Source: a virus
Lineage: Duplodnaviria; Caudoviricetes
DNA: 52,292 bases
Strand: one strand, 5' to 3'
IMG/VR virus record: IMGVR_UViG_3300047361_000395
Coordinates: 1 to 52,292 of that record
A program made the position numbers and the translations under genes. Numbering within the stretch: position 1 is the first letter of the stretch; the number at the start of each line of letters is the position of its first letter. The notes beneath the pieces are model-generated. The model saw only the letters and a list, made by a program, of their open reading frames with translations. It did no database searches and had not been told where the DNA came from. Of the stretch, positions 34,997 to 45,490 are shown in pieces.

Positions 34997-37900
34997 TTAA
35001 GCGAATGCCATATATAAATATGTTCTACCTGCAAAATTATGTTGTTCGTGATTAGTGGCACTTACAACAAAACCGCTATCATTCATATCAAAATAATAAT
35101 TAGTAGCACTTGGTTCTGAATTATTTAAGTTTGGATATAATATTTTGTTTGCTCTATCTACAACAGTACTTCTGTTAACATCGTACATATTCCAATTTGC
35201 AGTTGCATCAACATTTTTTATCATAATAAACGATGGCTTAAATCCTACATCTGAAACTGTTACGGTAGATGTGCCCAACCCTTCATAAGTGCCTATCTTA
35301 CTATATCCAGCTACAGAATGCCAGCAGTATGTAATCATATTATCAACAGAGCCATAGTCGGTTGTAAAAACGCTTGATGTTGGTGCTGCTTTTGTAGAAT
35401 TATATTTTGAATCAGTTCTATCAAGTGCCACATAATCTAAGCTTCCATCAATAACAGTGGTATATGTCCACCAAGAGGCAGAAGTGCCAAGTCGCTTTGT
35501 AATATATAGTTTAGGTGGTAAAGAAAGGCCGTGCCCTACTGTATCACTTGAATTAGTTGTGCTTGTATACTTCACAATACTAAACCCAGCTTCTGGATTA
35601 ACACTAACCAAACTTGTAATATTTCCATCTTGGTTTATAGTAGGTAAATTTCTATCATGGTCTGCAGCTTTCCAATTCCATGAAACATAGTTTTCATTTA
35701 AAACATTTTGATTGCCTGTGGTCCCAAGTGTAAATCCATCTGTATTAAAAGCTGTTAATGAGTTTTCTGTAAAATCCCGATTAGGAAGATCACTAGAAAT
35801 ACCTTTTGTTGCACCTCTTACAGAATCAAAAAGTCTGTGATTTCTAGGGTCGACCCTACATTTTAGCCAAGTAAAATCTGGTTTAAACCCGACTCCTGTT
35901 ATAGACTGCGTACCACCATTTCCTGTATATATTTTAGTTTTAAAACTATTAGCTTTGGTCGATGCTGTAGTATCTGGATTTGCAGCTATGGCCCAAAATA
36001 AATAAGTGCCTGATGAATGATTATAACCTGAAAAAGTAGATTTTGGTTGAAATCCATTAGAATAGAATTCAGTTTTCCAATTAGCATCATCTGTTTCAAT
36101 ATTATATAAATTAGCTAATAATCTTTTATCTTTTTCTTTATCAGTATCTCTTTTATTATCTATAATCATCCAATGTGATGCGTATGATGATGTCGTTCCT
36201 TTAACTAATATAAAAGCGGGTTCAAAACCTGTATAAATAAAAGGACCATTAGTTGAACCGTTCCCAACATAAGAACCTATACGCTGATAACCATCTACAT
36301 TTGCAAAACAATAAGCAACTTGATTTCCGCCGTTACCCCAAAAAGCACCTGTTGCAGGAAGCTCTAAAGTAGAAGATTTAATATTCATAAAGTTGCCAGA
36401 ACCATAAGCATCGGCATCATTTAAAGATAACCAATTGGTGGTAGTGTTACCTGTAGAAACATTAGTATAAACTCCCCAATCTTGAGCAGTATCTAATCTT
36501 TTAGTAATTACGAGAGAAGGGGCCTTACCCAAACCATGCCCGATAGACATCCCAACTGTATCATTAGGACTATACGTAACAATACTAAATCCAGATTCTG
36601 TATTAGCACTTACCGTACTTTCAATTGTTCCATTATTATTTCTGGTTAAATGACCAGGATTTTTAAATGTTACATTTGAAGGAGTCCCCGAATACGTATT
36701 GTTAAGATCTCCAGCTCCAACGCCTAAAGGATATGCTGCTACACAAGAATCGTCCCCTAATACTTGTAAAGTATTTATAGTGCTGGCTGTTTCATTATAA
36801 AGAGTTGTGACTTCTGAAGCTAATATTGCTTTATTAAATATTCTTACTTGGTCTATTAATCCAAGCCAATTATAATTTGACCCCGCACTATAATTTAAAT
36901 CGCCAATTACTCCTGTTGCGTCAGAAGGGTACGAAGAAGAAACAGATACGGTTTCTGTATCTTGTAAAGAACCATTAACATAAAAATTAGTTACATTAGT
37001 AGAATCATCTCTAGTAAAGCATACGTTATACCAAGTTAATTGTGTTAATGTGTATGTATGTGTTAATACATCAGAATTTGTAGAAGTACCGTTTCCTGAT
37101 CTTACTAGCCATTGACCATCACTTGGCCTATACAGAACCGACATGGTTCCCGCATAACCATTTGCATTCGTATTTAGTTCGATAAATCTTATCCTATTGG
37201 ACGTTGTTGTATTCCCTATATTTACCCATCCTGAAACAGTTACGTCGGCCGTTAATCCTGTAAGCTTAGGCAATGTTATCCTACTACTACTACCATTAAA
37301 ACTAGCTGATTTGTTTAATAAACCTCCGCCTTTCCAGTTCCACGATACAAGATTATCGCTTGTTTTATTAATAATATTATTAGTATGTGAAGTTGCTCCA
37401 AGTGTAAACCCATTTGTATCAAAAGAAACAAAATTATTTAAAGTTGGATAGGTATTTTCAGCAACATTTTCATTTGAATAAATCGCTTTAGAAGTACCTG
37501 TTCCTCGGACTGAATCATACAAGGTGGGGTTATAGTTATTATTCCTACTTTTTATCCAAACCAAGTCAGGCTGAAACCCTACTCCAGTTAAAGCGTTAGT
37601 TCCACTATTTCCAGCATATAGTTTTGTATTAAAATAACTTTCAGGTGCAGTTATAGTATTAGCACATTGTATTTCGTTATAAAGTTTCGTAACTTCTGAA
37701 GCACTAATTGCTTTATTAAATATCCTTACTTGATCTATTTTACCATCAATATAATAATCATTATAATTACCATACCATCTACCTATAACTAAAGGCTGAT
37801 CTGTTTGAGCAGGAGTAGCACTGTAAGCTGTTGTTCCTTCTAATGAACCATTCACATATATTTTTATATTTGTTCCATCATAAGTTCCAATTATATTATA

Positions 37901-39661
37901 CCATGTGCCCGCAACTGGATTTGTTGTGCCTTGAGCTTTTGCCCCACTAGAACTTGCAGTACCATCTGCCCAAAATTGAAACGGAGTTCCATTTTGATGA
38001 GCTATAGCCCAACCAACCTGAGGTGTTACTCCTGTTTTAAAATTTGCAACTATACCTGTTGAAGCAGCTTTAATAGTATTAAAATTTACCCAACAAGAAA
38101 CACTAAAATTTTTAGTTGGTTGTTGTACTGAATTAGCAGCATATAGGTAGCTATTAGTCCCATTAAATTTACCAGCAAATCCATATTTGCCTTGAATATT
38201 AAAATCTACATTTGATCCAGTTAAATTATATAAGCCAGTTTCATCTGTAGGATCAGCCATTTTATAATATGCAACAGTAGACGGATTAGTTATGGTACCC
38301 AGTGCTGCTGTAGTTGTAGTTTCATTATAAAGACTATTTACTTCGCCGGGGCTTAACTCTTTACTAAATATCCGAACTTGATCTATTTGACCACTAAACC
38401 AAGCAGAAGCATAAGAGCCATTAACATAACGACCTCCTATTCTAAACGCATCAGATGTATCAGTAATTGCTACAGTTGTTGTATGAGTACCATCTAAAGT
38501 ACCATTAACATAAGTTTTTAATATTGAACCAGATGCAGTGCCACTCATTGTAAGTGCACAATGAACCCACTCGCCTGTATTTACATTTGCGGAAGACGTA
38601 GGACCATAATTTTCACCTGAACCATTTCCTGAGGTACTATATAGTTTGTTATTATAAACAAACATATTTAATCCTCTAGCATGGCTTGTTCCCCCGTTAG
38701 TTATTATGCTTTGAAAACCCGTTGAAGTAGTTTTAATCCAAGCCGAAAAACTTCTTGCACCTCCAGAAGCATTTGGATTATCAGCACTTATATAGTCGTT
38801 AGTTCCATCAAATGAAGCAGATTTACCGAATTTACCTGTAACATAAGTCGCTCCAGATAAAGTACCGCTATAATCGTATGTTACATTTGATGCTGTTCCA
38901 TTTTGTGGAGTTGACGTATCTAAATCATTTGCATTTCCTTCAAAAGTATATGCTGCAATACAACTAGTATCCCCTAAAATTTGTAAAGTATTAGCCGTAG
39001 TTGTAGTCTCATTGTAAAGTGTCGTTATTTCAGAAGTACTTAGTGCCTTATTAAAAATACGAACTTGATCTATTTTTCCGTCAAACCACATAGCACTATT
39101 AGAATGCTTTCCTATTGTACTAAAAGAACTGGGGGTGTAGTTATCAGTTAAACCAGCACTTGTATAAGTGCCTAGGGAGGAGCCATCTAAAAATAATTCC
39201 CACTTAGAGTTATAGGTTCTAGTTAGTATCACATGATGCCAAGTGCTCGTAGACAACGTTCCTGCAGTAAAAATGTCAGTATATGTTGCCTGCCTATCTA
39301 TCCAGGGTTTTATAGTATTGCCGTATAAATAAAGAGCAATTCCATAATCTGAGTTAGACCCTCCATACCCATCTGTAAAAAACAATGGTGTATAATCACC
39401 AGAGGGTAAAGTGTCAGCGTTGAACCACATTGAAATTGAAAAACTTGAACTAAAATCAAAAACACTATTTATTGTTACAACAGAACTAGTCCCATTAAAT
39501 ATAGCCCCTTTACCAAACTTACCTGTACTAGACGCAGTATCATTAGCGTTGTCTTCAAATCTATATAAAGCTGTAGACTGAGTTGAGCCTCCATCTAATA
39601 TTTGTGTAGTATCTGTAGTACAAGATACTCCTCCAGTATTTATTATTCTTTTTCCTAACAT
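34997..39661 (-). CDS. multi-LamG (concanavalin A-like) tail/receptor-binding protein
   Basis: Four LamG-like units ending G-x-IDQVRIF(N/S)K-x-(L/I), plus repeated GVGF-x-PD-x2-W-x-K / GFSIV-x-Y / GF-x-P-x-FI modules common in marine phage tail proteins. Confidence 0.8.
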   Translation of the reverse strand: MLGKRIINTGGVSCTTDTTQILDGGSTQSTALYRFEDNANDTASSTGKFGKGAIFNGTSSVVTINSVFDFSSSFSISMWFNADTLPSGDYTPLFFTDGYGGSNSDYGIALYLYGNTIKPWIDRQATYTDIFTAGTLSTSTWHHVILTRTYNSKWELFLDGSSLGTYTSAGLTDNYTPSSFSTIGKHSNSAMWFDGKIDQVRIFNKALSTSEITTLYNETTTTANTLQILGDTSCIAAYTFEGNANDLDTSTPQNGTASNVTYDYSGTLSGATYVTGKFGKSASFDGTNDYISADNPNASGGARSFSAWIKTTSTGFQSIITNGGTSHARGLNMFVYNNKLYSTSGNGSGENYGPTSSANVNTGEWVHCALTMSGTASGSILKTYVNGTLDGTHTTTVAITDTSDAFRIGGRYVNGSYASAWFSGQIDQVRIFSKELSPGEVNSLYNETTTTAALGTITNPSTVAYYKMADPTDETGLYNLTGSNVDFNIQGKYGFAGKFNGTNSYLYAANSVQQPTKNFSVSCWVNFNTIKAASTGIVANFKTGVTPQVGWAIAHQNGTPFQFWADGTASSSGAKAQGTTNPVAGTWYNIIGTYDGTNIKIYVNGSLEGTTAYSATPAQTDQPLVIGRWYGNYNDYYIDGKIDQVRIFNKAISASEVTKLYNEIQCANTITAPESYFNTKLYAGNSGTNALTGVGFQPDLVWIKSRNNNYNPTLYDSVRGTGTSKAIYSNENVAENTYPTLNNFVSFDTNGFTLGATSHTNNIINKTSDNLVSWNWKGGGLLNKSASFNGSSSRITLPKLTGLTADVTVSGWVNIGNTTTSNRIRFIELNTNANGYAGTMSVLYRPSDGQWLVRSGNGTSTNSDVLTHTYTLTQLTWYNVCFTRDDSTNVTNFYVNGSLQDTETVSVSSSYPSDATGVIGDLNYSAGSNYNWLGLIDQVRIFNKAILASEVTTLYNETASTINTLQVLGDDSCVAAYPLGVGAGDLNNTYSGTPSNVTFKNPGHLTRNNNGTIESTVSANTESGFSIVTYSPNDTVGMSIGHGLGKAPSLVITKRLDTAQDWGVYTNVSTGNTTTNWLSLNDADAYGSGNFMNIKSSTLELPATGAFWGNGGNQVAYCFANVDGYQRIGSYVGNGSTNGPFIYTGFEPAFILVKGTTSSYASHWMIIDNKRDTDKEKDKRLLANLYNIETDDANWKTEFYSNGFQPKSTFSGYNHSSGTYLFWAIAANPDTTASTKANSFKTKIYTGNGGTQSITGVGFKPDFTWLKCRVDPRNHRLFDSVRGATKGISSDLPNRDFTENSLTAFNTDGFTLGTTGNQNVLNENYVSWNWKAADHDRNLPTINQDGNITSLVSVNPEAGFSIVKYTSTTNSSDTVGHGLSLPPKLYITKRLGTSASWWTYTTVIDGSLDYVALDRTDSKYNSTKAAPTSSVFTTDYGSVDNMITYCWHSVAGYSKIGTYEGLGTSTVTVSDVGFKPSFIMIKNVDATANWNMYDVNRSTVVDRANKILYPNLNNSEPSATNYYFDMNDSGFVVSATNHEQHNFAGRTYLYMAFA

Positions 39662-40216
39662 CTATTGTGGTTGCTCTGTTTCCTCTGTAAAGGTATAAAT
39701 GTATTTTAATATTGACTCTACAGTTGTAAGCGCTGCAACTTCTGCTTCTATAACATCTACTTTATCTCTAATTTTTTTTCTTTCTGCAAGTATACTGTCC
39801 GGTATTGCAGTACCTAATTCCGCTTTTCTGCTTGAATACCAGTCAGTTGGAGATAATAAATTATTAGCATCTCTTTTAACACTAGAGATAATATCTGCTT
39901 TTAATTTATCTTTATCGTATAAAGGTTTTGTTTCTTCTGTTTTATTGCCTTCTTCGTCTTCTACTTCAATTGTGTATGTAGCATCAAAATCAATATTACT
40001 TACTGTATATGTAAATACTTTATTATCAGCATCCCAAAATATTTGAGATAACTGTTGTGTTACTTTGTCATATTCAGGAGTTACAACATTATAAAAACCG
40101 TAATCTTCTTTATTTGGGAACAATCTAAAATTCATGTATACTCCTTTTTCATCTTCCCATTTATTAGGCAAGCGATTAAATGTCTGTATCGTTCCGTTTT
40201 TCTCTATTGCTACCAT
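39662..40216 (-). CDS. tail fibre assembly chaperone-like protein
   Basis: ANNLLSPTDWY-x2-RKAE...R-x2-IR motif; adjacent to the LamG gene. Confidence 0.65.
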   Translation of the reverse strand: MVAIEKNGTIQTFNRLPNKWEDEKGVYMNFRLFPNKEDYGFYNVVTPEYDKVTQQLSQIFWDADNKVFTYTVSNIDFDATYTIEVEDEEGNKTEETKPLYDKDKLKADIISSVKRDANNLLSPTDWYSSRKAELGTAIPDSILAERKKIRDKVDVIEAEVAALTTVESILKYIYTFTEETEQPQ

Positions 40217-40563
40217 TATGTTGATTGTTTTGATATTGATAAAAAGTATTCAGCAGCTCCAGTTTTTACTATTTGTATAAAATTTTCTACTGTCGTGTCA
40301 TATTCTCCAGCAATAATCTTTGTTCCTGTTGGCCATGTAATACCATAAGCTCCTGATATAACTAAATCTTTAACCATTCCGATTTCATCATTAGTATAAG
40401 TAAATGTTGTAGCCCCGCTAAGTGTTTTTGTAAACACTTGTGCTGAATCCCAATTTATTACTGTTCCTGATAATGCAGATGTTTCTGTAAACTCTGGTCC
40501 TAACTGATCATAAGAAACAGAATTGTCTGCTATAACTGATTTTTTAACTTTTGTTCTTGACAT
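40216..40563 (-). CDS. small tail adaptor protein
   Basis: MSRTKV...IADNSVSYDQLG and INWDSAQVFTKTLSG...ITWP; lies among tail genes. Confidence 0.55.
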   Translation of the reverse strand: MSRTKVKKSVIADNSVSYDQLGPEFTETSALSGTVINWDSAQVFTKTLSGATTFTYTNDEIGMVKDLVISGAYGITWPTGTKIIAGEYDTTVENFIQIVKTGAAEYFLSISKQST

Positions 40564-40596
40564 AATTTATTCTTTTAATTTGTTATTTGTAATATT

Positions 40597-40899
40597 TTAG
40601 ACCCAGGGAAAGCTATCTGTTTCAGTACCTTTATTTAAATTAAATTTTTGTTCTATTTCTTTTTCAGCCAAAAAGTCTCTTACGCCATCCTTAAACCAAT
40701 CTATTAAATGTTGTTCATTTAAATTTTCGTATTCTATAAAAGACTCTTCAGACGGTATATCTAATAATATTTCTTTATCTACATAAAGAGATTTACCATC
40801 TTTAGTTCCTGTAATCCGTAATTTAAAACTGTTCACAATATCTAAAAGCGTGTCGTTATACTTTCTTAATGATAATATTTGATATGTGTGTGAAATCAT
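40597..40899 (-). CDS. tail-associated small protein (fibre chaperone-like)
   Basis: FIEYENLNEQHLIDW...FPW motif frequent next to marine phage fibres. Confidence 0.55.
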   Translation of the reverse strand: MISHTYQILSLRKYNDTLLDIVNSFKLRITGTKDGKSLYVDKEILLDIPSEESFIEYENLNEQHLIDWFKDGVRDFLAEKEIEQKFNLNKGTETDSFPWV

Positions 40900-40902
40900 A
40901 AT

Positions 40903-41460
40903 TTAAGTTGTTGCTATTAATTGATACGTTGGCCTTTGGAAGGTATTTTCGTTACCTCCCGGTATATAATTATTTTCACCAAATCTCCAATCATATGTGG
41001 AACTATAAGATGCAACTCTATATTCTAAAGTTTTATCACTAGTCCAGCTTCCTATTATTCCACCTGCTATATTTTCAGATGACGCTCCTACTTGAAGACA
41101 TCTTTGAACATTAACTACATTGAAATAATCGTCAGACCCTCCATACAAAGAATCGTGCGACCCTAACCAATCTGTACCGTCTATAGTTATTTTGGTCAAC
41201 CATATAGGTCCATAACTAGCATCTCTTACATAATTAAAATTCATAGCGAATAATAAATTTTTAGTTCCTTCAGGAGGTGTATAAGCTATAGTACTACCTG
41301 CATCTACAAAAGTTGTTCCCGGAGTGAAAGTTGCAGTTAAATTATCTGCTGTTTTATCACCATTTGCCGTTTTTATAGTTCTACCATCTGGCATCCAAAT
41401 TAAATGTTCCAACACATTTGTACTAGATGCAGCCGGAAAAAATGTACTTAAATTACCCAT
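40903..41460 (-). CDS. short tail fibre/tip protein
   Basis: MGNLSTFFPA N-terminus, beta-rich body (TIAYTPP...ITIDG...WTSDKTLEYRV). Confidence 0.55.
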   Translation of the reverse strand: MGNLSTFFPAASSTNVLEHLIWMPDGRTIKTANGDKTADNLTATFTPGTTFVDAGSTIAYTPPEGTKNLLFAMNFNYVRDASYGPIWLTKITIDGTDWLGSHDSLYGGSDDYFNVVNVQRCLQVGASSENIAGGIIGSWTSDKTLEYRVASYSSTYDWRFGENNYIPGGNENTFQRPTYQLIATT

Positions 41461-41461
41461 A

Positions 41462-44400
41462 TTATTGTCCTATTATTACCCATCCGTTTGTTGCGTCAGA
41501 GTATATTAATTCAAAACTTGCTGATGCTGTATCTAGTGTTAAATCAGATGCAGCACCCATTATGTTACTTCCATTTCTTGCAACCACGCAAGTTGCAACT
41601 CCTGATCTATTTGATATTTTTATCCACTGTCCAGCCTCTGGTGAAGCAGGAAGCGTTAAAGTTAAATTAGCTGTAAAAACATAAACATGATACGCTTGAG
41701 CGTTTGTGTTACCACTTATAACACTTACATTTTGCTTTAAGTTATTTAAAACAACATCTCCTGATAAACTACCCACAGAAGTTACAGCTGGCACAGATGC
41801 GGTATTAAGAGAGTTAATAGATATTATTTCTACTTCATCTCCAACGTCTGGTGCTGTAGTAAATACTATATCACCACTGTTTAACGCATAAGTTGATTTG
41901 GATTGGTAAACACCATTTATATATACAAGAGTAAACTCCTTTGTTTGAGGAGCACCGTTTGGTGTTGAAAAAGTTTGATTGGACCCGTCTCCTGTTCCAG
42001 TGTCCGAAACCATATTTGCATATGTCAACCCAGATGGAGTTATTACTTTTCTACTTTCAACCTCTATGGTATCTCCTGTAGTTGCAGAGTATCCTGTTAG
42101 AGTTAAAGCGTTTCCACTTAATGTATATGTAGATTTTTCTTGATATACACCATTTATGAAAACATTAGTGTGTTGTTTGTTTTCAGGTGCTATTGAAAGT
42201 GTTAGGTTACTAGAATAGTTAGCCCCATCAAAAGTATCAACCTGTAATACCCCTACATCTGTAACAGCAGGTGCTGATGTATAATGTATTACTTCTATGT
42301 TATTTGTTCCAACTGGTGGCTGGTACCCAAAAGTAAGAGTTGTACCAGACATGCTATATGTTGTTTTAGATTGGTAGACCCCGTCTATAAACACATATGT
42401 ATTATTTTCGTCTGCAATAGATTGAGATAAATTGTATGATTGTGTTCCAGAAACTCCACTTAGAGTATCTCTTGCTACAGTAGTTCCTCCGCCTCCAGCA
42501 CTACTTCCTGTAATTGTAATTGTTTTAGAAGCACCACTTCCTGCTGCAGTGACAGTACTACCAACAAAATTTAATGTGGTTGCCGCAGTACCTACAGCGC
42601 TTCCCTCTTCTTGTATCGTTATACCGCTTGCTGCACCTGGTATCGTTATTGTTTTAGTAGCACCCGTGCCAGAGGCAGTGACTCCTGTACCCACAAAATT
42701 AAGGGTCGTACCAGAAGTAGAAAGATCGCTACCTTCGTCTTGAATTGTTAAGGTGCTTCCGACTGTACCTGGCTCAAATTTACTTCCATCCCAAACAAGA
42801 GCCTGTCCTGTAGATGGTGCACTTGTTGTGGTATCTACATCAGACAAAGCATCTATTGAAGCAGCCGCTATCCTTGCATCTGCCCTTGCGTCTGTGTAAT
42901 AAAGATTAGAAGAACCTTCATTTAAATCATCAGTTAAAAAATTTGTTAAGTTTCTTGTATTAAATACAGCCTTCCAGCCCATCTTAACATGAGCGCTACA
43001 CTGATAGTATAATACGTTAGGTGTTGTCTCTAAAGGTGTGATTTGAGTATAAGCACCGCTTTGACCAGCAGATGCAGTCGAGTAGCTTACTCCTGATCCA
43101 AATATAGCTGTTTTTGCCTCGTCAGTATAAAACCTAAGAGGGTGGTTTGTATTGCTTGAATCTGATTGATCAAACTTATAAGTATTTCCTACAGCAAAAG
43201 TTAACTCAGGCGATTCTATACCGTCTATAGAATATCCTAAACTAGAGGCCCCGGCTACACCGTGTGCTGGGTGTGCTGCAGTTTTAGTTACAACAGTAAC
43301 AACCATAGTCTTTACGGTATTACTATGCTTTGTAGCTATTTTAGAATCTACAATTAAATCATGATCAAATTCTATTTTATCTGAAGTAAGACCTTCTAAG
43401 TATGTACTAGCGTCCGTCTTTACTCTGTTACCCATTCCAGTACTATTAGGAGAGTAATAGTATAAATTTGGATATTGATAACTACCAGTTATTTCGATAT
43501 ATGAGCCTGATTGTCCAGGTGTTCCTACAGCAGTGACATTGGCTGTATATGATCCAGTTCCAGCTCCGTCTATATTTTCACTAAACTGAAAATCATGATT
43601 TGCATTTGTAGCATCGCTTAGATCAAACCTATATTTAGTTTCTGGTAAAACAATTAAAACAGGTAACTCACCTCCGTCTATATAAAAAGCATTTCCTCCT
43701 CCTGTCTTGCTTCCTACAGTTACAGTATGACTTTTGTATGCTAGGGTAGAGGTAACACCATCTAAAAAATTAATTTCTTGAATAGTAGAAGTAATCCCTA
43801 AGTTTGTTAGTATCTGAGTTTTTTCTGCAGAACTTAAAGTTTGAGAAGAATCAAATCTTAATCTATTACCTAAAGCTGTCGTTATGGTAGTAGAAAATGC
43901 TGCATCATCCCCTAAGGCTGCGGCTAATTCATTTAATGTGTCTAACGCTGTTGGAGCACCACTAACAAGATTTGATATTGCAGTATCTATTGCATCTTTA
44001 ACAGCAGCATTTGAAGGAACCTTTGCATCACTATCGTTGCTATTTATTCCTTGGGATTCTATTGTCAGATCAATAACCGATCCATTAGCCAAAAGAATTT
44101 GTGCTGAGGTTCCTCCTGATTTTACAAAAGAAGCGGCGGTTGCAGCTCCAGTTACTGTTAAATCATTTCCTATGGTTACATCATTTGGAAGTCCAACTGT
44201 AAACGTTCTGTTTGTAGAAAGATCTTGCGCTCCGGTAGGAGATACCTCAACTTCATTTGTAGTCCCTGCAACCTCTATAGTTCTAGAAGAAGGAGCGACA
44301 GTAATACTATCAGTCCCATCTGTTATTGTAGAATTTGTAGGATTGACATCTATTGCGCCAAGCTTTGTCCTTTCTGTGTTTGTAATAATAGATCCTGATC

Positions 44401-45490
44401 CTGCGTCTGTCAAAGCAGTAGCTGTGGATCCTGTAAAAAAAGCTGTATTTACATCTGAAAGCTCAATTACGTTGTGAGCAGACAAATCAGTTATATCTGA
44501 AGGTATGTTTAATATTTCATTAGCAGCACCTGTTGTAGCAGTAAAATCTGGTTTTACATTTACTTGAGCATTAGCAGCTATACCGTTCAGTTTATTTAAA
44601 AGAGCAGTAGTGAAGTCGTTTTCTGAAAGAGCTTTACCGGATACAACATCAACCTTTGCATTTAAAGCAACTTGAAGTCCCGCAATGCTGCCTATCCCTA
44701 AAGAAGATAAAGTAGCTGCATTTATTTGACAAAAATTAACAACCTCTCTAAGTGTATCCAAAGCAGGTTTATCTGCTGCATCAACGTCTAATAAATCAAA
44801 TAGATTGTCTGTAAGATCTTTAAGTATCTTTCCTTGATTTGCAGACAAAGCTTTATTTGCATCTGTAGAGGTAAGGTTATCTGTTATGTCTGAAGGCTGT
44901 AATGCTGTTCCTAAAGTAGTTCTTTCTGCGTCAGTGATTATTAGTCCAGACCCAGCATTAGTAACATCTTCTAAGTCTGTAACTAAAGGAAGTCCATAAA
45001 ATGAAAGGAAATAATAACTGTTTGGCTCAAAACTTCCGTTTGATTCTTTATGGGTTACAGTTAAAACTAAATACCTGGTGTTTGAATGATTCTGAACATT
45101 AGTAACTCTAAATACACCAAACTTGTCAAAGTCTCCTTGCTTTGAAACTTTTATTTTTTTGCCTAAAAATGAAGTTACATAGTTTTCTACATCAATACCA
45201 TTAACAACTTTCTTTGATACTATTATCTGAGTTGTTGCTGAAAATGCTTGCGTAGCCGCAACTCCACCAACAAGGTTTAATGCTCCCGCAGGATCTGCAG
45301 CAGCTGGCTCAAACGCTTGATATTTAAAAACTATACCATCAAATAAATCAACTCCACTTAACTGATTTATAACGTCCATCAGACTTTGAATAGTAAAATT
45401 CTTAGTTCCTGATGTTGATGAATCTGTCCCTAGCAGCTTGTCCTGAAAAGTTACATTACTATCTTGATCATATGTTTGTATTCTAGCCAT
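41462..45490 (-). CDS. large mosaic tail fibre / baseplate-wedge-like protein
   Basis: ALSANQGKILK; LVSGAPTALDTLNELAAALGDD; two cupredoxin-like repeats (Y-x-FD-x-SD-x2-N-x-NH); two TIQ(D/E)EGS...LNFVG repeats; three V(F/Y)I(D/N)GVYQ repeats; C-terminal LTLPASP-x2-G...RNGSNIMG. Confidence 0.75.
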   Translation of the reverse strand: MARIQTYDQDSNVTFQDKLLGTDSSTSGTKNFTIQSLMDVINQLSGVDLFDGIVFKYQAFEPAAADPAGALNLVGGVAATQAFSATTQIIVSKKVVNGIDVENYVTSFLGKKIKVSKQGDFDKFGVFRVTNVQNHSNTRYLVLTVTHKESNGSFEPNSYYFLSFYGLPLVTDLEDVTNAGSGLIITDAERTTLGTALQPSDITDNLTSTDANKALSANQGKILKDLTDNLFDLLDVDAADKPALDTLREVVNFCQINAATLSSLGIGSIAGLQVALNAKVDVVSGKALSENDFTTALLNKLNGIAANAQVNVKPDFTATTGAANEILNIPSDITDLSAHNVIELSDVNTAFFTGSTATALTDAGSGSIITNTERTKLGAIDVNPTNSTITDGTDSITVAPSSRTIEVAGTTNEVEVSPTGAQDLSTNRTFTVGLPNDVTIGNDLTVTGAATAASFVKSGGTSAQILLANGSVIDLTIESQGINSNDSDAKVPSNAAVKDAIDTAISNLVSGAPTALDTLNELAAALGDDAAFSTTITTALGNRLRFDSSQTLSSAEKTQILTNLGITSTIQEINFLDGVTSTLAYKSHTVTVGSKTGGGNAFYIDGGELPVLIVLPETKYRFDLSDATNANHDFQFSENIDGAGTGSYTANVTAVGTPGQSGSYIEITGSYQYPNLYYYSPNSTGMGNRVKTDASTYLEGLTSDKIEFDHDLIVDSKIATKHSNTVKTMVVTVVTKTAAHPAHGVAGASSLGYSIDGIESPELTFAVGNTYKFDQSDSSNTNHPLRFYTDEAKTAIFGSGVSYSTASAGQSGAYTQITPLETTPNVLYYQCSAHVKMGWKAVFNTRNLTNFLTDDLNEGSSNLYYTDARADARIAAASIDALSDVDTTTSAPSTGQALVWDGSKFEPGTVGSTLTIQDEGSDLSTSGTTLNFVGTGVTASGTGATKTITIPGAASGITIQEEGSAVGTAATTLNFVGSTVTAAGSGASKTITITGSSAGGGGTTVARDTLSGVSGTQSYNLSQSIADENNTYVFIDGVYQSKTTYSMSGTTLTFGYQPPVGTNNIEVIHYTSAPAVTDVGVLQVDTFDGANYSSNLTLSIAPENKQHTNVFINGVYQEKSTYTLSGNALTLTGYSATTGDTIEVESRKVITPSGLTYANMVSDTGTGDGSNQTFSTPNGAPQTKEFTLVYINGVYQSKSTYALNSGDIVFTTAPDVGDEVEIISINSLNTASVPAVTSVGSLSGDVVLNNLKQNVSVISGNTNAQAYHVYVFTANLTLTLPASPEAGQWIKISNRSGVATCVVARNGSNIMGAASDLTLDTASASFELIYSDATNGWVIIGQ

